A program made the position numbers and the translations under genes. A model generated the notes under the pieces. That model ran no database searches and was not told where the DNA came from. It saw only the letters and a program-made list of their open reading frames with translations. A stretch of DNA of 64,000 bases from Azolla caroliniana (lineage: Eukaryota; Plantae; Polypodiophyta), in assembly GCA_043228905.1 (NCBI GenBank), contig JBHGNT010000016.1, forward strand, positions 12,276,001 to 12,340,000, in the 5' to 3' direction. Positions 62,600-64,000 of the stretch are shown in pieces (position 1 is the stretch's first letter; each line of letters starts with the position of its first letter).

Positions 62600-63372
62600 A
62601 CCATATTGGTTCCCCCTTGCGGTAGGGTACACATCCAAACTAGGCCGAGAGGGGTTCGAATTATCGTAATGTCTCTACTCTCCACAGCCAGCTACAACTG
62701 GTCATACCCCAAGTATAGGTCCCCACCCGAGTAGATTGAACTTCCGGCGAAGGCTTCCGTGAGCTCGTGAATTGTCAGGCCAAGCCCTGCATTCCAAATG
62801 GCCACTTTGTTGACCGATTGTAGGTCCTGGATGAAGCTTAGCGTGCCGTTCTTCTTCTGCACTGTAAACCACTGATTTGAATAAGGATCACTCGACGGCT
62901 CGAGGATGCCCATGTCCACTTTTTGCTTGAACAGCTCCATCAACTTCGGGAAGTGAGCCCTTAGTACCGGAATTTGTTTGAGATTCAATGGTACGTGTGG
63001 TACCATGAAGATCACCATTGCCTCTATGATTGTTGGGTCGATGCACCTGATCTCCCCCGGAAAGAATGCAAAGGCTTTGAACCTGTGCACTTTGAGCATC
63101 CTCCGAAACCGGTCCTCCTCCGCAGGCAGTAGGAAGCCACCCCCACTTATTTTGAGCTTCCGTAGCCTCTCGTCATTGAATTGGTGTCCTATGCCGGCTA
63201 GATCCAGTAAACTTGGGTCTGTCGGGACCCCTTTCATCTGTTTCCAATTGTCCTCCGGCAAGGGAGCCACAAGTGCCCTCACCTTCCGGTCCACAGTCTT
63301 GTAATTGGTGTATACTTGGGGCGGTCCGATCCAATCTGATCACCTTCCCGAAGTCCTCCATGAATTTGTACA
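62600..63372 (-). mobile_element. Family E pol fragment (RT N-terminus)
   Basis: WFTVQKKNGTLSFIQDLQ...CTLPQG, homologous to ~9230-9830. Confidence 0.88.
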
Positions 63373-63666
63373 TGGTGAGTGACAAGCTCAACATTGGGTG
63401 CGTAACACGGTGCGTAACCCAGTGCGTAGACTGGCTGCGTAAAACAGTACGCATAACGTGGCCATATCGGTGCGTAAACCGAAAGGCCGTTAGTATGGTA
63501 TTTCCTCGTAAGGAATAATTTTGGGAGTTAGTGTAGTAGGATCATTTATGAGCAGTCAAGTACTGTCAGTACTTGTGTCAGCCCGATAGTCAGGGCTTGT
63601 ATAAAAGGTGCTCACTGAGCACGAAGTATGTACAGAGTGTCATTATTTTGAAATAGAACTGAGTTT

Positions 63667-63703
<37 letters not shown>

Positions 63704-64000
63704 TCCATCTTTGCGTTCTCTGTGTTTTACCAAAATGTCGTTCTCCGAATTGTGTACTCTATGTTTCGCATACGCTTTCGCACACGTATTCTTTTACATG
63801 GTATAAGAGCGCGAGGGTTGAAGTCCTCTGCAGCCGACAGAAAAGCTTGCGACAAAGACATAGTTGACTTGTTATTCTTGGTTTTCGAAAAAGATAAGAC
63901 AGCAACATGGACAAAGGAATGGGAAGCTCGCTACCGATTGAGAAGCTCGACAAGAGCAACTACGCATCTTGGTCGTACAAGATGCACCAGTACCTGCTTG
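63373..64000 (+). mobile_element. Start of another Copia family C element (5' LTR 63373-63798, PBS 63799-63810, gag ATG 63907)
   Basis: ...TTTTACA TGGTATAAGAGC; MDKGMGSSLPIEKLDKSNYASWSYKMHQYLL. Confidence 0.92.

Overview
Gene-free, transposon-saturated eukaryotic DNA, most likely heterochromatin of a non-seed land plant (inferred from the mix of Tcn1-like, Phygy/Athila-like and RTEX-like elements). It is a nest of LTR retrotransposons. One young, intact chromodomain Ty3/Gypsy lies at 16208-23234 (1477-aa Gag-Pol, near-identical LTRs, TSD AAAAG). The rest comprises decayed Gypsy and Copia copies, solo LTRs, a LINE, a palindromic minisatellite and a possible spliced gene of unknown function. 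The most unusual feature is a non-chromovirus Gypsy lineage (three instances, two diverged families). It carries a large extra ORF after pol and has no polypurine tract at the 3' LTR. In that position sits a tRNA-Arg-like 3' half (T-arm with an inserted covarying hairpin, acceptor strand and CCA/CTA) ending 2 nt before the LTR, suggesting tRNA-primed or self-primed synthesis. The intact chromovirus also has a highly structured 1.7-kb leader (hairpin array, conserved RNA motif, likely intron). All coordinates and alignments were read by eye.
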